From the NCBI RefSeq assembly GCF_018350175.1, contig NC_058375.1, positions 129,456,001-129,520,000 on the forward strand: a stretch of 64,000 nt of DNA, given 5' to 3'. Both the position numbers and the translations under genes were made by a program. Position 1 is the first letter of the stretch. Every line of letters starts with the position of its first letter. Positions 39,836-53,017 of the stretch are shown here, one piece after another. Below the pieces are notes generated by a model that saw only the letters and a program-made list of their open reading frames with translations, was not told where the DNA came from and made no database searches. Source of the stretch: Felis catus. Taxonomy: Eukaryota.

Positions 39836-40279
39836 AATATGCCATTTTTAATAGAATTATAAATGGTGCTTTTCTTGGAGAAGAGAATCAAATATGGAAT
39901 TCTAACCCTCTCAATATTCTGAAGGATCCCTGCAACATCTTGTGAAATCTGACATAGCTCATAGAAAACAGAAAAATTTTTAGGATTTCTGATAAGAAAT
40001 AAAACAATGTGGGAATAGACATCTTCACATTTAAGGAAATAAGACTACCTTGCCATAGAGAACTGGAGAGAGTTCCCTCTCTCATATAAATCTAGTCTAA
40101 CCCTGGTTAAATCGACTTCTCTGCCTACTACACATCTGTTTCCTAGTAATTGAGCACTTGAACATGGATGGAGAAGAAAACACAGAACTGAACTATTAGC
40201 ATTACTTCACTTTTAGGACAATTAATCTGAAATTGTCCCATTGTCAGGCTATCCTCACAATACCAGCTGACATTTCACA

Positions 40280-40460
40280 ATGCCAAGCTCTTTTAATTCA
40301 CCAAACAATCCTATGATGTAAGTACTATTATTATCCCAACTTTACAGATCAGAAAACAGAAGCACTTAGTTGTTAGGTAAGTAAGGACACAGTTATAATT
40401 GATACAGCCAAGACTGCATTCCAAACAGTCTGGCTGAAGGATCTATGCAGATAACCATTA
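40280..40460 (-). mobile_element. MIR
   Basis: attattatcccaactttacagatcagaaaacagaagcac. Confidence 0.7.
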
Positions 40461-40899
40461 TACTATATTGCCTCTGTCATCTTACCACATTTCCTAGTGA
40501 ATGTGTTTTCCACTGTTAGAGACCATTATTTACAGATGCTCTCCTAAAATCTATAAAAATTACTCCCCTTTCTTCATTCCTAATTGATGACTATGTTTTT
40601 TATTTCCCCAAGAAAATAAAGTATTCAGAAGACAATTCCCTCATCTTTCCATCACCAAATCTCCCAGGTTTTATAATCAGTATCTATATACTCAAGTTTC
40701 TGATACAGCCAGTGAAATATGCTTACTCAAATAGGGCTGCTAAAACTAGTCTGTCTAAAAGGGAACTGACTTTAATCCCCTCCTGCCTGCTTAGGAATTT
40801 GGTTCTTAAATTTCATTTACTCTACTATGGTGTCATTCCTACTGACTTACATGGTGGAAGCCCATTAAATATTTCAATTGCTTTCCTAAATTTTCTAGT

Positions 40900-41225
40900 C
40901 ATTAGGCAGGCCATGTGATTACTTCTGACCAAGTAAATGTACAACCATCTTGCACTAAGAGAGCGAAAAACCCCATGTACACTTTTCTAGTCTTACTCAT
41001 CTGCTGTAGCAGTTGAACGGTTTGCATATTTAAGATCATGCACATATAAGACAATGGAACCTCAGTCAGACTGTGACCTCAAGGAACTTTGGGTAAGAGA
41101 GCTTCCAGCCTACCTTCCCTGAAATCTATAGGATGGGTGAAACATAAGCCTTTGTTGTAGTAAACCACTGGAATTTGGGGCCTAATTTGTTACTGCAGCA
41201 TAACTTAGCCTATCCTGACTAATAG
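40900..41225 (+). mobile_element. MLT1 (I/J-like) LTR within an L2
   Basis: 3' end aaaccactggaatttggggcctaatttgttactgcagcataacttagcctatcctgactaata. Confidence 0.7.
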
Positions 41226-41229
41226 AGCA

Positions 41230-42780
41230 TACAAATACATTATAAAAAAAATATATCTTAACCCTACATTCTATTCCAGCTAGTGTCAATTTATTCTGCT
41301 TTCTTTACAGAAAAATCACTGAATGTATTATCTACATTCAGTCTCCACTTCCTTGCTTAAAAAAAAAATCTATAATCAGCCTTTTTTTCCTCTTTATAAT
41401 GTCACAAACATCTTTATCTCACTAAATCCATCAGTCGGTTCAATGTCCTTATTATTCAATCATTATCAAGCTTTGAAATACTCCCTTCACTTTATTCTCA
41501 GTGAAATTTGTTTATTTCACAGATGACTTCTCTTCAGTTTTATTTGCCAGTTTCTTTTCCTCTACTCTTTCCTGAATATTGTCCTGCCCCCCAATCTTGG
41601 TCTTTGGCCCTACTCTCTCTCTACCTCCTTCAGTGACCTTACAATTTTGTGCTTTTATAAAGCATCTATATGCTGATGACACCCAACTTGTATTCCCCAT
41701 CCAGACCTTTCCCTGATGCTAGACTCACCCCTAACTGAATATTAACAGTAATAGTTTAGAGGTATCTAAAACATAACATGTTCTAGTCAAAACTTTTTAT
41801 TTCCACCTCAATCCCCCAAACATCTGTTTCTTCACTATTTCCCTCATTGCATTCACTTATTTGCTAAACTCAATCATGGCCTGTGCATGGGTGAAGTTTG
41901 TGCTCTGCCAAAATTCTAGATGGCTCCATTCTTCCCATTATTCTTTCTCCAATCTCAACTTTATCCACGTCTAATATATCAGAAAGCTCTTTTGGGTTTT
42001 ACTCTCAAAATATATCCACGTCTCATTATTTCTGCTCACTTATTCAAACATCACACACTTCTAAGATACCATCTCCTTTGTGGCCTTTAGAAATTGACTC
42101 ACAACTGGTCTCCTTGCTTCTACTCTCACCACGCTACAATTTATTCTCTACACAGTCACCAGGGAGCTCTTTAAAACTACATATCACATTATGTCACTTC
42201 CTTTACAATACTGTTCTGCTTTTCATCACATTTAGAATAACAGCCCAGCTGCTTACCAAGGATTCCCCTGGCCTATACAACATGGCCTCTGCTACCCTCT
42301 AGCCTTACCTCCTGCTTTGCTCCTTCTGACCCTCTTCACTTCAGCTACACTGACCTCCTTGAGGTTTGTAAAACACTCTAAGCTAGTTTTTGCTTCAAAA
42401 CATTTACACCTGCTATTCCCATCCTACGTTATCACCTCTCTATTGAACAGTTTGTTAGAACTTCACACTACTTTTTCCTACGTATCTTCAGATCTCTGCC
42501 TAAATATCCCTTCCTCAGAAAAGCCTACCCTGACATCCACTCTAGAACAGCCTTTAAATTTCCTACACTCTCCCTCCTTTAATTTCTTGGTAACATCTAC
42601 CACACTATAAAAGCATATTCTTGTACCTACTTGTGTATTTAACTCTTGTTTCTGTCTTCCCTACTGTAACTTAAGTGTGGGGTATTTACCTTGTTTGTCC
42701 CTGGATTTCCAGCACTCAGAATAGAGCCAGGCATCTAGTGGATGTTCTATGCATTGCTATTGTATTGGCAAATGAATTAA
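41230..42780 (+). mobile_element. L2 (~1.5 kb, decayed)
   Basis: Pyrimidine-rich L2 body (tatatgctgatgacacccaa) ending ccagcactcagaatagagccaggcatctagtgg. Confidence 0.7.
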
Positions 42781-44274
42781 TAAGTCACACATGTCTAATT
42801 TTGCATATGGTTCTTTTGGAATTTTATCATTTTTCTTTAAATTTTAATTCCCAAAGAAAGGGAAGGATTCACTGAGGCAGAAAATCTCTCTGACATAGAG
42901 AATATCAGGAATGATCCCTAGCTGAACAAAGGCCAATTCTACAAATAGCTGACAAATTGGCTGAGTTTTGGTCAATTCATTTTTTAAAGTCACTTCCTGA
43001 ATGTGTAGGTTTTTGCAGGTACTGGATCAGCCATGCAGTCGATCCAATTCAGCCTCAGAAGTGGGAAATAGATTGAATGTTTTTAAACCTATATTTTTAC
43101 TCTCTCAACAGGGGGAGTCTACACTTTGGACAATTTCCAACACAGAAACCATAAGTTTATGAAAATCTCTGTAGTGTTAACCTTGTTGCATCCACTTTCC
43201 CGCTGCATGATTTCCTCTTCACATTCAAGTACTTAGAAAGCACTTGCCCTTGTTACAAGAAAAACTAATGTTGGAATCTCTTCTAATCTTCATGTTTCCT
43301 GAATTCCTATTAACAGAAGGGAAAGAGACCAACAATCTCATGTGTGGTTATTCCAAACACAGCCTCATCTTCATCTTCACATTTGAGCACTAAGTTTAAG
43401 AGCGAAACTCATTACAGAATAGAGAAAAGGGGCACATTTTAGCAGTTAAGCTTCAGGACAACTTGATCCGACCTAAATGCTTTGTAATCTCTCTTTAAAC
43501 AAAAGCTTTAGCTTCTGTAATCCTCCTCTTTATCTATTCCTATGATGCCTCCTGAGGTTGAAGCTGCTGCTCATGTCATTTTTATAAACAGCCTAGATCT
43601 CTGCCCACAAATTGTTTTCCAAGGGTGATGGCAGTGGTGTCAACTTAGCTCAAGTGTCATGAGTCATGTTTCCCTCCCCTTGGAGACACCTGCCCAAGCA
43701 GAGCCTGAACATCCTTTGCTTGTATTCTCACTGCACAGGCGTCCTGTTACTGAGCATCCAGGCAGCCAAGGGCCCTGGCTCATTAAAGTGTGGCTGAGAG
43801 ACTACTGTGTCTGTCTGTACCTTCTGTTCTTGAAATTCCAAGAAAAGCCTTCCATTTGTCCTGTAAATATGCACTTTGCTTCACTGTGCCACACTGTACC
43901 CCAGGCTCCACCCGAAGTCTGGTGTCTTTGATAGGGTCCTTTGGTGCCTGTGAAATTCTCTTTCCTTTCCTAAAGGGAAACATCAAGGAAGCTCAGGCTC
44001 CATGACTCCAGACTGATGCCCTAAGGAAGAAACAGTCTAGCCAGGATTGAAATGGCTCATGCTGGCCCAGTCACTGTGAACAGGCATCTTTTTTTTTTTT
44101 TCCAACCATCGTTAATACATGCTGATGAATGTCGGCATATAGAGACAGTGAAAAACTACAAGTCAAATAAAAGCCAAAAAGTAAAAATAATTTTACAAAC
44201 ATCACTATGCAGAAACATCACAGAGAGCAACCAACTTCTGCTTTACCTATTATAACAGAGCCATGTGACCGCAT

Positions 44275-44308
<34 letters not shown>
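44275..44308. repeat. (CA)n microsatellite
   Basis: Direct observation. Confidence 0.95.
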
Positions 44309-44311
<3 letters not shown>

Positions 44312-44524
44312 GACTCTGCAAGGAAGCAGCTGTACTTTTGTTTTCTTACAAACCAATGCTCTAGCTATTTGTGAAAGACAGACAATCTCTAGATAAATCG
44401 TCATAGGATAAAGACCTATTTTGACTTTATCTTTGACCTAGAACTCTGGGATCAGACACACTGATAAGAAAGTTGCTATCATTGGGAATCAAGAGAACTA
44501 GATTGTCAACAAGTGGCCTACCTT

Positions 44525-44705
44525 AATGAAAGGAGTGTGAACTTTAGCATTAAAGAGACCTGGCTTTAAATCCTTCAGATTCCATTTACTAGCTGTGCAG
44601 CTATGAGCAAGTACCTTAAGCATTCTGAGCCTCAGTTTCTTCATATGCACAAAGTTTCTTAGAAGGATGATGTATATGAAGTGGCTAGAACAAAGTAAGA
44701 CCTCA
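44525..44705 (+). mobile_element. MIR
   Basis: ccatttactagctgtgcagctatgagcaagtaccttaagcattctgagcctcagtttcttcat. Confidence 0.75.
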
Positions 44706-45282
44706 GGGCTTTATAGGTAGTTTCTACTAGGGGCCAACTCTTACTCATATTGGACAAGACACACCACCTCTTTGGGCCCCAGTTTTTATCCTCAAAAAAT
44801 CAATTCTAGGGCACAATAATGGAAGGAAGACTGATAATGTAAAGATTCAGGATTTTCTTGATAAAACTTGATGAGTCTCCTTCTCCCTGGTGTTTCTGGA
44901 TGGTAGATGGGCAGAAGTTCTGTCTGGACATATACACAGGTGTTAATAAAATAGGATGTGATGATGGTAAGTCCTTAGGGAAGGAAGTATAAAATTTCCA
45001 CTCTCATCTTGACTTTGTGCTCACTAGCTCTCTCTCTCCCTTCCACTTTCCCATTCTCTTTCTCTCCCTCTCTCAAATGCAGAATGGAGAATCTGCTGTC
45101 TCAGTCTTACATTTCATGAGATTATTAATATGAACATCCTTATAAAATGATATATAAACACTAAGTTATTATTGCTAACTATTTAAACATTATTAGAGTG
45201 TCTCCAGTTTTCCTTGGATATAAATTATGTTCAACCCTAGACTGTCCTAGAAAATAGTAATTGAAAAGAAGCTAATGTCCTT

Positions 45283-47280
45283 TTGATATTATACACAGAA
45301 AACCCGATAGACTCCTAGAGTCTGCTAGAACTGATACATGAATTCAGCAAAGTCGCGGGATATAAAATAAATGTACAAAAATCAGTTGCATTCTTATACA
45401 CTAATAATGAAGCAACAGAAAGACAAATAAAGAAACTGATCCCATTTACAATTGCACCAAGAATCATAAAATCCCTAGGAATAAACCTTACCAAAGATGT
45501 AAAAGATCTGTATGCTGAAAACTACAGAAAGCTTCTGANNNNNNNNNNNNNNNNNNNNNNNNNNNNNNNNNNNNNNNNNNNNNNNNNNNNNNNNNNNNNN
45601 NNNNNNNNNNNNNNNNNNNNNNNNNNNNNNNNNNNNNNNNNNNNNNNNNNNNNNNNNNNNNNNNNNNNNNNNNNNNNNNTCTAGAAGCTAGAACAAGCAA
45701 TCCTAAAATTTGTATGGAACCACAAAAGACCCCGAATAGCCAAAGTAATATTGAAGAAGACCAAAGCGGGAGGCATCACAATCCCAGACTTTAGCCTCTA
45801 CTACAAAGCTGTCATCATCAAGACAGGATAGTATTGGCACAAAAACAGACACATAGACCATGGAATAGAATAGAGACTCCAGAATTGGACCCACAAAAGT
45901 ATGTCCCACTAATCTCTGTCAAAGCAGGAAAGACTATCCAATGGAAAAAAGACAGTCTCTTTAACAAATGGTGCTGGCAGAACTGGACAGCAACATGCAG
46001 AAGGTTGAAACTAGACCACTTTCTTACACCATTCACAAAAATAAACTCAAAATGGATAAAGGACCTGAATGTGAGGCTGGAAACCATCAAAACCCTAGAG
46101 GAGAAAGCAGGAAAAAAACCTCTCTGACCTCAGCCGCAGCAATTTCTTACTTGACACATCTCCAAAGGCAAGGGAATTAAAAGCAAAAATGGACTATTGG
46201 GACCTCAAAAGATAAAAAGTTTATGCACTACAAAGGAAACAATCAACAAAACTAAAAGGCAACCAACGGAATGGGAAAAGATATTTGCAAATGACATATA
46301 GGACAAAGGGTTAGTATCCAAAATCTATAAAGAACTCACCAAACTCCACACCTGAAAAACAAATAATCCAGTGAAGANNNNNNNNNNNNNNNNNNNNNNN
46401 NNNNNNNNNNNNNNNNNNNNNNNNNNNNNNNNNNNNNNNNNNNNNNNNNNNNNNNNNNNNNNNNNNNNNNNNNNNNNNNNNNNNNNNNNNNNNNNNNNNN
46501 NNNNNNNNNNNNNNNNNNNNNNNNNNNNNNNNNNNNNNNNNGGAGACTATAGATGCTGGCGAGGATGTGGAGAAATGGGAACCCTCTTGCACTTTTGATG
46601 GGAATGCAAACTGCTGCAGCCGCTCTGGAAAATAGTGTGGAGGTTCTTCAAAAAATTAAAAATAGATCTACCCTATGACCCAGCAATAGCACTGCTAGGA
46701 ATTTACCCAAGGGATACAGGAGTGCTGATGCATAGGGGCACTTGCACCCCAATGTTTATAGCAGCACTTTCAACAATAGCCAAACTATGGAAAGAGCCTA
46801 AATGTTCATCAATTGATGAATGGATAAGGAAATTGTGGTTTATATACACAATGGAGTACTACGTGGCAATGAGAAAGAATGAAATATGGCCTTTTGTAGC
46901 AACGTGGATGGAACTGGAGAGTGTTATGCTAAGTGAAATAAGTCATACAGAGAAAGACAGATACCATACGTTTTCACTCTTATGTGGATCCTGAGAAACT
47001 TAACAGAAGACCATGCGGGAGGGAAGGAAAAAAAACGTTAGAGAGGGAGGGAGCCAAACCATAAGAGACTCTTAAAAACTGAGAAAAAACTGAAGGTTGA
47101 TGAGGGGTGGGAGGGAGGGGAAAGTGGGTGATGGGTGTTGAGGAGGGCACCTGTTGGGATTAGCACTGGGTGTTGTATGGAAACCAATTTGACAATAAAT
47201 TTCTTATTAAAAAAATAAAAATAAAAGAACAGACTGAATATTAAAAAAAAATAAAGCTTCTATGAACATTGAAGTACAAA
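45283..47280 (+). mobile_element. 5'-truncated felid L1 (ORF2 3' half plus 3'UTR) with a short 3' extension
   Basis: Aligns to the first L1 from ~15602; TSD aaaagaagctaatgtcctt (45264-45282) / aaaaaaagctaatgccctt (47281-47299); N-runs at 45539-45679 and 46378-46541. Confidence 0.97.
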
Positions 47281-48064
47281 AAAAAAAGCTAATGCCCTTA
47301 AAGTTCCTTATATAAAGAATACTGGGTGAAGGTACCATATCATCTTGTATTTGGTGAGTTTCCTAAGTCTTCTTTCCATACCCTATATTTGATTTGTATT
47401 AGACAATTTCATTTGTAATCCAGGACTGCCACTAGTCTTCCTACAAAAGAAAGTAATGCAGCTGGACTCAGTTTCATCATTTTTTAAATGTATGCATATA
47501 CAAGGACTCTCTTGATCGTTTATTTAAAAGGTAGGTAACAGAATTTAAATGGGATTAATCAGCACATAGCTATACATACACATACTGTTTTGAGTTGAGT
47601 AGCTGGCATTTTTCACTTGCTTTTTTCAGGTGATCAATCTATCCTTAAATAGCTTTCAAAAGACATGAACTGGTCTGGCTCAAACACTGGAGTTTTCTTT
47701 TCTTCTTGTATTGATTATAGTAACTATAATAACAAGCCAATATCCACAGGGTAAAACAAATCTCTCTCATACTGGTGAACAACTGGTAAATTACACTGAC
47801 CTATTTTTCTTTAATGATGTAAACTATGTTCAATCATTAAAAATGTTCTCAGATTGCCTGATTACCACTTGTTTTTCAGCTTGACAGGGCACTAGTGAGA
47901 CAAAGTGGTAATTCCACACACCAAACCTTTTGTAAATGAATTACTGAAAGACAGAACCTCCAACCTCAGAACAAATGCTACAGATAAGATGGAGTCTTAC
48001 CACTCATCTGGTCCCTACTTGGCTCATCTTTAGCATCATTTTGATTTGTACTTCTAAATAGGTA

Positions 48065-48620
48065 AAATAGTTTTCTGTTGCTTTGTAACAAATTATCACA
48101 AACATGGGAGCTTAAAACCACACACGTATTTTATAATCTCGCGGTTTTAGTGGGTCAGAAGTTTGAGCACCTCTTAAATGGGTCTCCTGTTTAGGGTCTC
48201 GCAAGGTTGCAACTGGTGTCTGCTGCATTGAGTTCTCATCTGAAGGCTTGAAATTATCCATATCCAAACCTACTGCCATTGTTGGCACAATTTACCTTCC
48301 TTGTCATTGCAAGGCTTAGGGCTCTGGCTTTTTACTGGTTGGATATTGGGGCTGCCCTCAGTTCTTAGAACCTGCCTCTAGTTCCTCACCATGTAGACTT
48401 TCCCCAATGGCTGCTAACTTCATGTTAGTAGGACGAGTCTCTAGAGCAGGTTTGGTACCAAAGTAGTCTTAAATAACAATGTAATCATAGGAGTGATATC
48501 CTTTACTTTTGCTGTATCCTATTAGTAAGAATCAAGTCACAAGTCCCACCCACATTCAAGGTAAGGGAATTATAAAAGAGCATGAAGACAAGGAGGCAGG
48601 AGGCATTGTGTGTGTATATG
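48065..48620 (-). mobile_element. MLT1 (E/F-like) LTR
   Basis: tctgttgctttgtaacaaattatcacaaacatgggagcttaaaaccacacacgtatttt. Confidence 0.75.
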
Positions 48621-48847
48621 TGTGTGTGGGGGGCAGGGGGGTGGGGTGGGTATGGCTCATCTTAGAATCTGTCCAATGATAGCTACAAAAGGCAAAATAT
48701 TGGGAAGGGAATAAAGGAGCATTCAGGGCCACCAGCACTCTTCAAGAAGGTAAAGTTCAAGACAGATATGGAGATGATAATGTGACCAGCCCAGGAAGAC
48801 TAACATTTGGCACATTTCCAAATTCATATTTTAAAAATATTTGCTCT

Positions 48848-49013
48848 AGGGGAGGTGGGTTGGGGGATGGGTGAAATAGATAAAGGGGATTAAGAGTGTA
48901 CTTATTGTGATGAACATGGAGTAATGCATAGAAATATTGAATCATTATATTCTACACCTGAAACTAATATAACACTGTGTTAATTACACTTTAATAAAAA
49001 CTAATTAAAAATA
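48848..49013 (+). mobile_element. Carnivore L1 3'-UTR stub
   Basis: TSD taaaaatatttgctc / taaaaatatttactc; gaatcattatattctacacctgaaactaatataacactg. Confidence 0.85.
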
Positions 49014-49403
49014 TAAAAATATTTACTCCATGTTTACATAAAGAAGAAATGAAGGGCTATGAAGGAGGGAAGAGAAAAAAGTCAAACTTGACTGAGGACA
49101 GCAGTCAAGTTTGAAAACTCACTCAGTAAAATAAATCCTTGCATTTAACTGCCATCACTTCCTTTAGAAGGTAGTCTACTTACCATCTGCTGTTATCCAG
49201 TTATGCTGTCCACAGCCTCACCATTCCAACCTAAAGTATCCTATAACATTATTCCTTTTGGCTACAAGTAATACTCATCCTAAGACCAATTTTGGCAAAT
49301 TCAATTTTCTCTCTCTCCATTCCTGAGGATACAGCAAAGTCTAACAGATCAACTCCAAAGTAAAAGACTGTATTTTTATGTTTTTATGCTTACACGGAGC
49401 ATT

Positions 49404-49621
49404 TTTAAATTTTTTTAAAATTTTAATGTTTATTTATTTTTGAGAGAGAGACAGAGCCTGAGAAGGGGAGGGGCAGAGAGAGGGAGACACAGAACCTGGA
49501 GGAGGCTCCAGACTCTGAGCTGTCAGCACAGAGCTCAGTGAGGGACTCGAACCCACAAACTGCGAGATCATGACCTAAGCTGAAGTCAGACCCTTAACCA
49601 ACTGAGCCACCCAGGCACCCC
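49404..49621 (-). mobile_element. Can-SINE
   Basis: Reverse head; degenerate TSD tacacg..agcatt. Confidence 0.93.
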
Positions 49622-49958
49622 TACACGTCAGCATTGTTAAACTTGGCAATGCAAAGAATTAGGATGGGTAACAGTCTTTACTGTTATTAGGTCTTGTCAA
49701 ACACTAACTGGAATAACTTCTAACTTATAGGTTTATCTTTCTCACTGCCCAATTTAGGTTTCTGGAAACTTTACTCTGTTAGAATTCAGGTTTGGATAAT
49801 TTATTATCCTACAGAGAAATTAGCATGGGGTGTTAACATTGTAAATGAAACTACAGGACTTCTTATAAATATTCTCCTATTCTTTGAAATAAGACAATAT
49901 AGATGGAAAAACAAAGAGAATACCATTTATGATCTAGATAACCTAAATTAGAAAAAAA

Positions 49959-50030
49959 GGAAGGAAGGAAGGAAGGAAGGAAGGAAGGAAGGAAGGAAGG
50001 AAGGAAGGAAGGAAGGAAGGAAGGAAGGAA
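49959..50030. repeat. (GGAA)18 microsatellite
   Basis: Direct count. Confidence 0.97.
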
Positions 50031-50684
50031 CAAAAAAGAAATATACAGTTAATTTCCACTTACAATCACTTCCTCTCAGGATTTTCTTTGGAAATTCCCA
50101 CATAGACCAGCAGAACTCCTGAGGTAAGTCTCCAAAGGAAAGGGAGCCTCCCAGTTGTCTACATGCCTGGCCTTTAGAAGCACTGAACTGTGATCCAGGT
50201 TCAGTGCTCATTCAATTATTTCAGTGCTTTCTCTCCTTTAGAAGACCCATGAAGGGGGGTGGGGGGGGGCAGAAATCTCTTGGCCAAAACTTTATCTTCT
50301 TTTTTTTCCCCCCTGAATCCTTAGTTTCCCTTATTTCCAGATACACCAAAAGAAGTACCTCAAACTCACTGGAACCAAAATATTCACTGTTCCCAAAAAG
50401 CTAATCAAGGAAACCTTCATGACTACATTAGAACTTGAAGTAAGAGTATTTGTGGTAGAATAATTCCTGTTCACATACCATAGACCTACCTTGCATCTGT
50501 GCAACAGGAGGCATTAGCTTAGGTCAGGCCATCTCTTTACAGCCCAAAGTGGGGCCATACTCAAGTATGACTATTTGTTCTCCACTAGTCTCTTGACAAG
50601 CTGTCAGTCTTACTCCTCTCCATGTATCAAAATCTGGCCAAGCTTTTAGGGTTCATCTTCAGTCCCTAAGACTTCTTTCTGTTT

Positions 50685-51085
50685 CAGTGGTCTCAACCTG
50701 GGCTGCATGATAGAATTTCCTAAAAGATTTAAATGCAAAAAAAAAAAAAAATCCAATGACCAGATCCCAAGTATGCTTACTTAGCTGGTCTAAAATGGAG
50801 CATGAACACTTTTTTTTTTAATGTTTATTTACTTTTGAGAGAGAGAGAGAGTGTGTGTGAGCGGGGAGGACCAGAAGGAGAGGGAGACACCGAATCCAAA
50901 GTAGGCTTCAGGCTCTGAGCTGTCAGCACAGAGCCCGATGTGGGGCTTGAACTCACAAACCATGAGATCATGAGCTGAGCTGAAGTCAGGTGCTCAACCG
51001 ACAGAGCCACCCAGGTGCCTTGAGCATGAACACATTTAAAGAGGTCCTTAGGTGATTGTAATGTGCAGCAAGATTTGAGGACGAC
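50685..51085 (+). mobile_element. MER5-like hAT element split by a Can-SINE
   Basis: cagtggtctcaacctgggctgc...ttaggtgattgtaatgtgcagcaagatttgaggacgact. Confidence 0.65.
50810..51021 (-). mobile_element. Can-SINE
   Basis: TSD gagcatgaacac (50798-50809, 51022-51033). Confidence 0.96.
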
Positions 51086-51790
51086 TTTCACATTTAATTC
51101 CATTCAGCTCAATTATCATGTTTCCTTTGGTAGTTTAGTTATATCTTCCATATTTCCATGTGTAAATGTCTCAGAGTTAAAAACCCTCTTGTTACTCTAA
51201 TTGTGGATCCTCCTTTGCTCATCCAAGTCAAGAAGGCCTTTTTACTTTTAAAATATAAAACTGACTTTGCTGGTCTTGAGCTTGTATATAAGGAGAGAAA
51301 GTGTCACTTTGGGGCATGGGGCCGAGAACATCCTTTATTGTTTAACAGTCACTGTGTACAAAGAGTATCAGAGCCTTACTTCCTGGCAGAAGAGGAGTTA
51401 ACTATGTGATGGGATTTGAGGGATTCTTGGCAGAGCATTTGATTTAAATATGTTTTACTCTTGGTGACACATTAATATAACTTCTGTTATTAGAGATTCA
51501 TTTATTTGGATTAAGCTTTCACCTCTTTAGGAACTTTTCATTAGTCATAAATAATCCTAGAAGGATTCATTAAGACCTTTGTGTGAAATAGTTCGCTAGG
51601 TCACTGTTGCTTGCAACAAGAGGAGGCATACACAATTACCACTTGTAATAGACTTTGTCTCCTTCTCTAGTCTGCACTCTCCATGAAGGCAAAGCTATGC
51701 CTGTGTTAACTATTATATCCCCAGAACCTAGCTCAGTATTATGAACAAAGCAGGTTTATGGTAAATACCTTCTTGTTTTGTAAATACCTT

Positions 51791-51998
51791 TTTTTTAAAC
51801 ACTTATTTATTTTTGAGAAAGAGAGAGACAGAGTGTGAGCATGGGAGGGACGGAGAGTGGGAGACACAGATTCTGAAGGAGGCTCCAGGCTCTTAGCTGT
51901 TAGCACAGAGACCAATGTGGGGCTCAAACCCACATATGGTGAGATCATGACGTGAGCCAAAGTCGAATGGTTAACCGACTGAGCCACCCAGGCATCTT
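51791..51998 (-). mobile_element. Can-SINE inserted in an L2 3' end
   Basis: TSD core gtaaatacctt. Confidence 0.93.
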
Positions 51999-52299
51999 GA
52001 TAGTAAATACCTTTTAAATGAATGAATGATGAATAAAAGAATGAATGAACACACTTGAACAAACTGATGGACACAAGTAGTTATGAATCCTAAAAGAACA
52101 GAAAGAGAAGAAAAAAATAGAATTCTTGGAGGCAAAACATTACCATGTCACAGTTTTCCTGGCAGTTTGAGGCTTTGCACAACCTTTTCTCATAAAGTAT
52201 ACTAAAGACAACTCCCTAATAGTTCCATTTTGAGGCTGTTGGCTTTTTTGCTGGGATTTTCCATCTTTCTTCTTCAATAATATTAATAAGAAGAACAAT

Positions 52300-52510
52300 C
52301 AGAGCTACCATTTATTGAGCTTTTACTAAGAACCAGACATTATTACTAATTACTTAGGTGTTTTTACCAATCCTCTCAATAACTCTGTGAGGAGGGTATT
52401 TTCATTACCAATTTATAAATGAGAAAACCTAAGATTAGAGAGGATATGTAAGTTCTGACAATCAAATGGCAGATGTGGGATTTGAGCCATAATCTGTCTG
52501 ATGCCATGTG
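52300..52510 (-). mobile_element. MIR
   Basis: accatttattgagc...caatttataaatgagaaaacctaagattagagagg. Confidence 0.7.
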
Positions 52511-52974
52511 GTTTCATTGGATCCTAATGCTCCCCTTTTCATTTGCTTCCCCCCACTCCAACATATACTCTTTCTCCTTCTTTCTCTTTCAGCAGTCACA
52601 TATACATCTTGGGCATGAGGATGCAGTTTACCCTGTCTAAATGTATGGTGGCCTGGAGATGTTTGTTAGGAGGCTACAGGCAATATTCCACTAATAGAAA
52701 TCAACACAAATTCTGGAATTGAACATGAAATGTACACAGTTTCTTGGCTGCCAATATGCAGAGGAAAATATGGTGAGGTTTTAATGTATTTTGTTCCTCA
52801 AGGAAACAAAGTTTTCCTGCTTATTAAGCTTGCAGATTGCCTACACTGAAAGGGGACATATATGATCTAAAAGTAAACATCCTCAGCCCCTACTTCACAT
52901 CAAATGCAAAAGAATCATATGACGGTCCTTACAGAGAACTCTGATAAAAGAATCATAATACCAGAGTGTAATTT

Positions 52975-52986
52975 ATTTTATTTTTT

Positions 52987-53017
<31 letters not shown>

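Noticed and set aside
43019-43065. Possible + strand exon after ttttgcag
   Set aside because: No convincing donor follows and the peptides are unrecognised.
31674-50211. FLPS-repeat peptides (31674, 31679, 49948) and the inverted pair of 18-unit GGAA/TTCC arrays
   Set aside because: These are translations of microsatellites. The equal length is probably coincidence; no link across 18 kb is evident.
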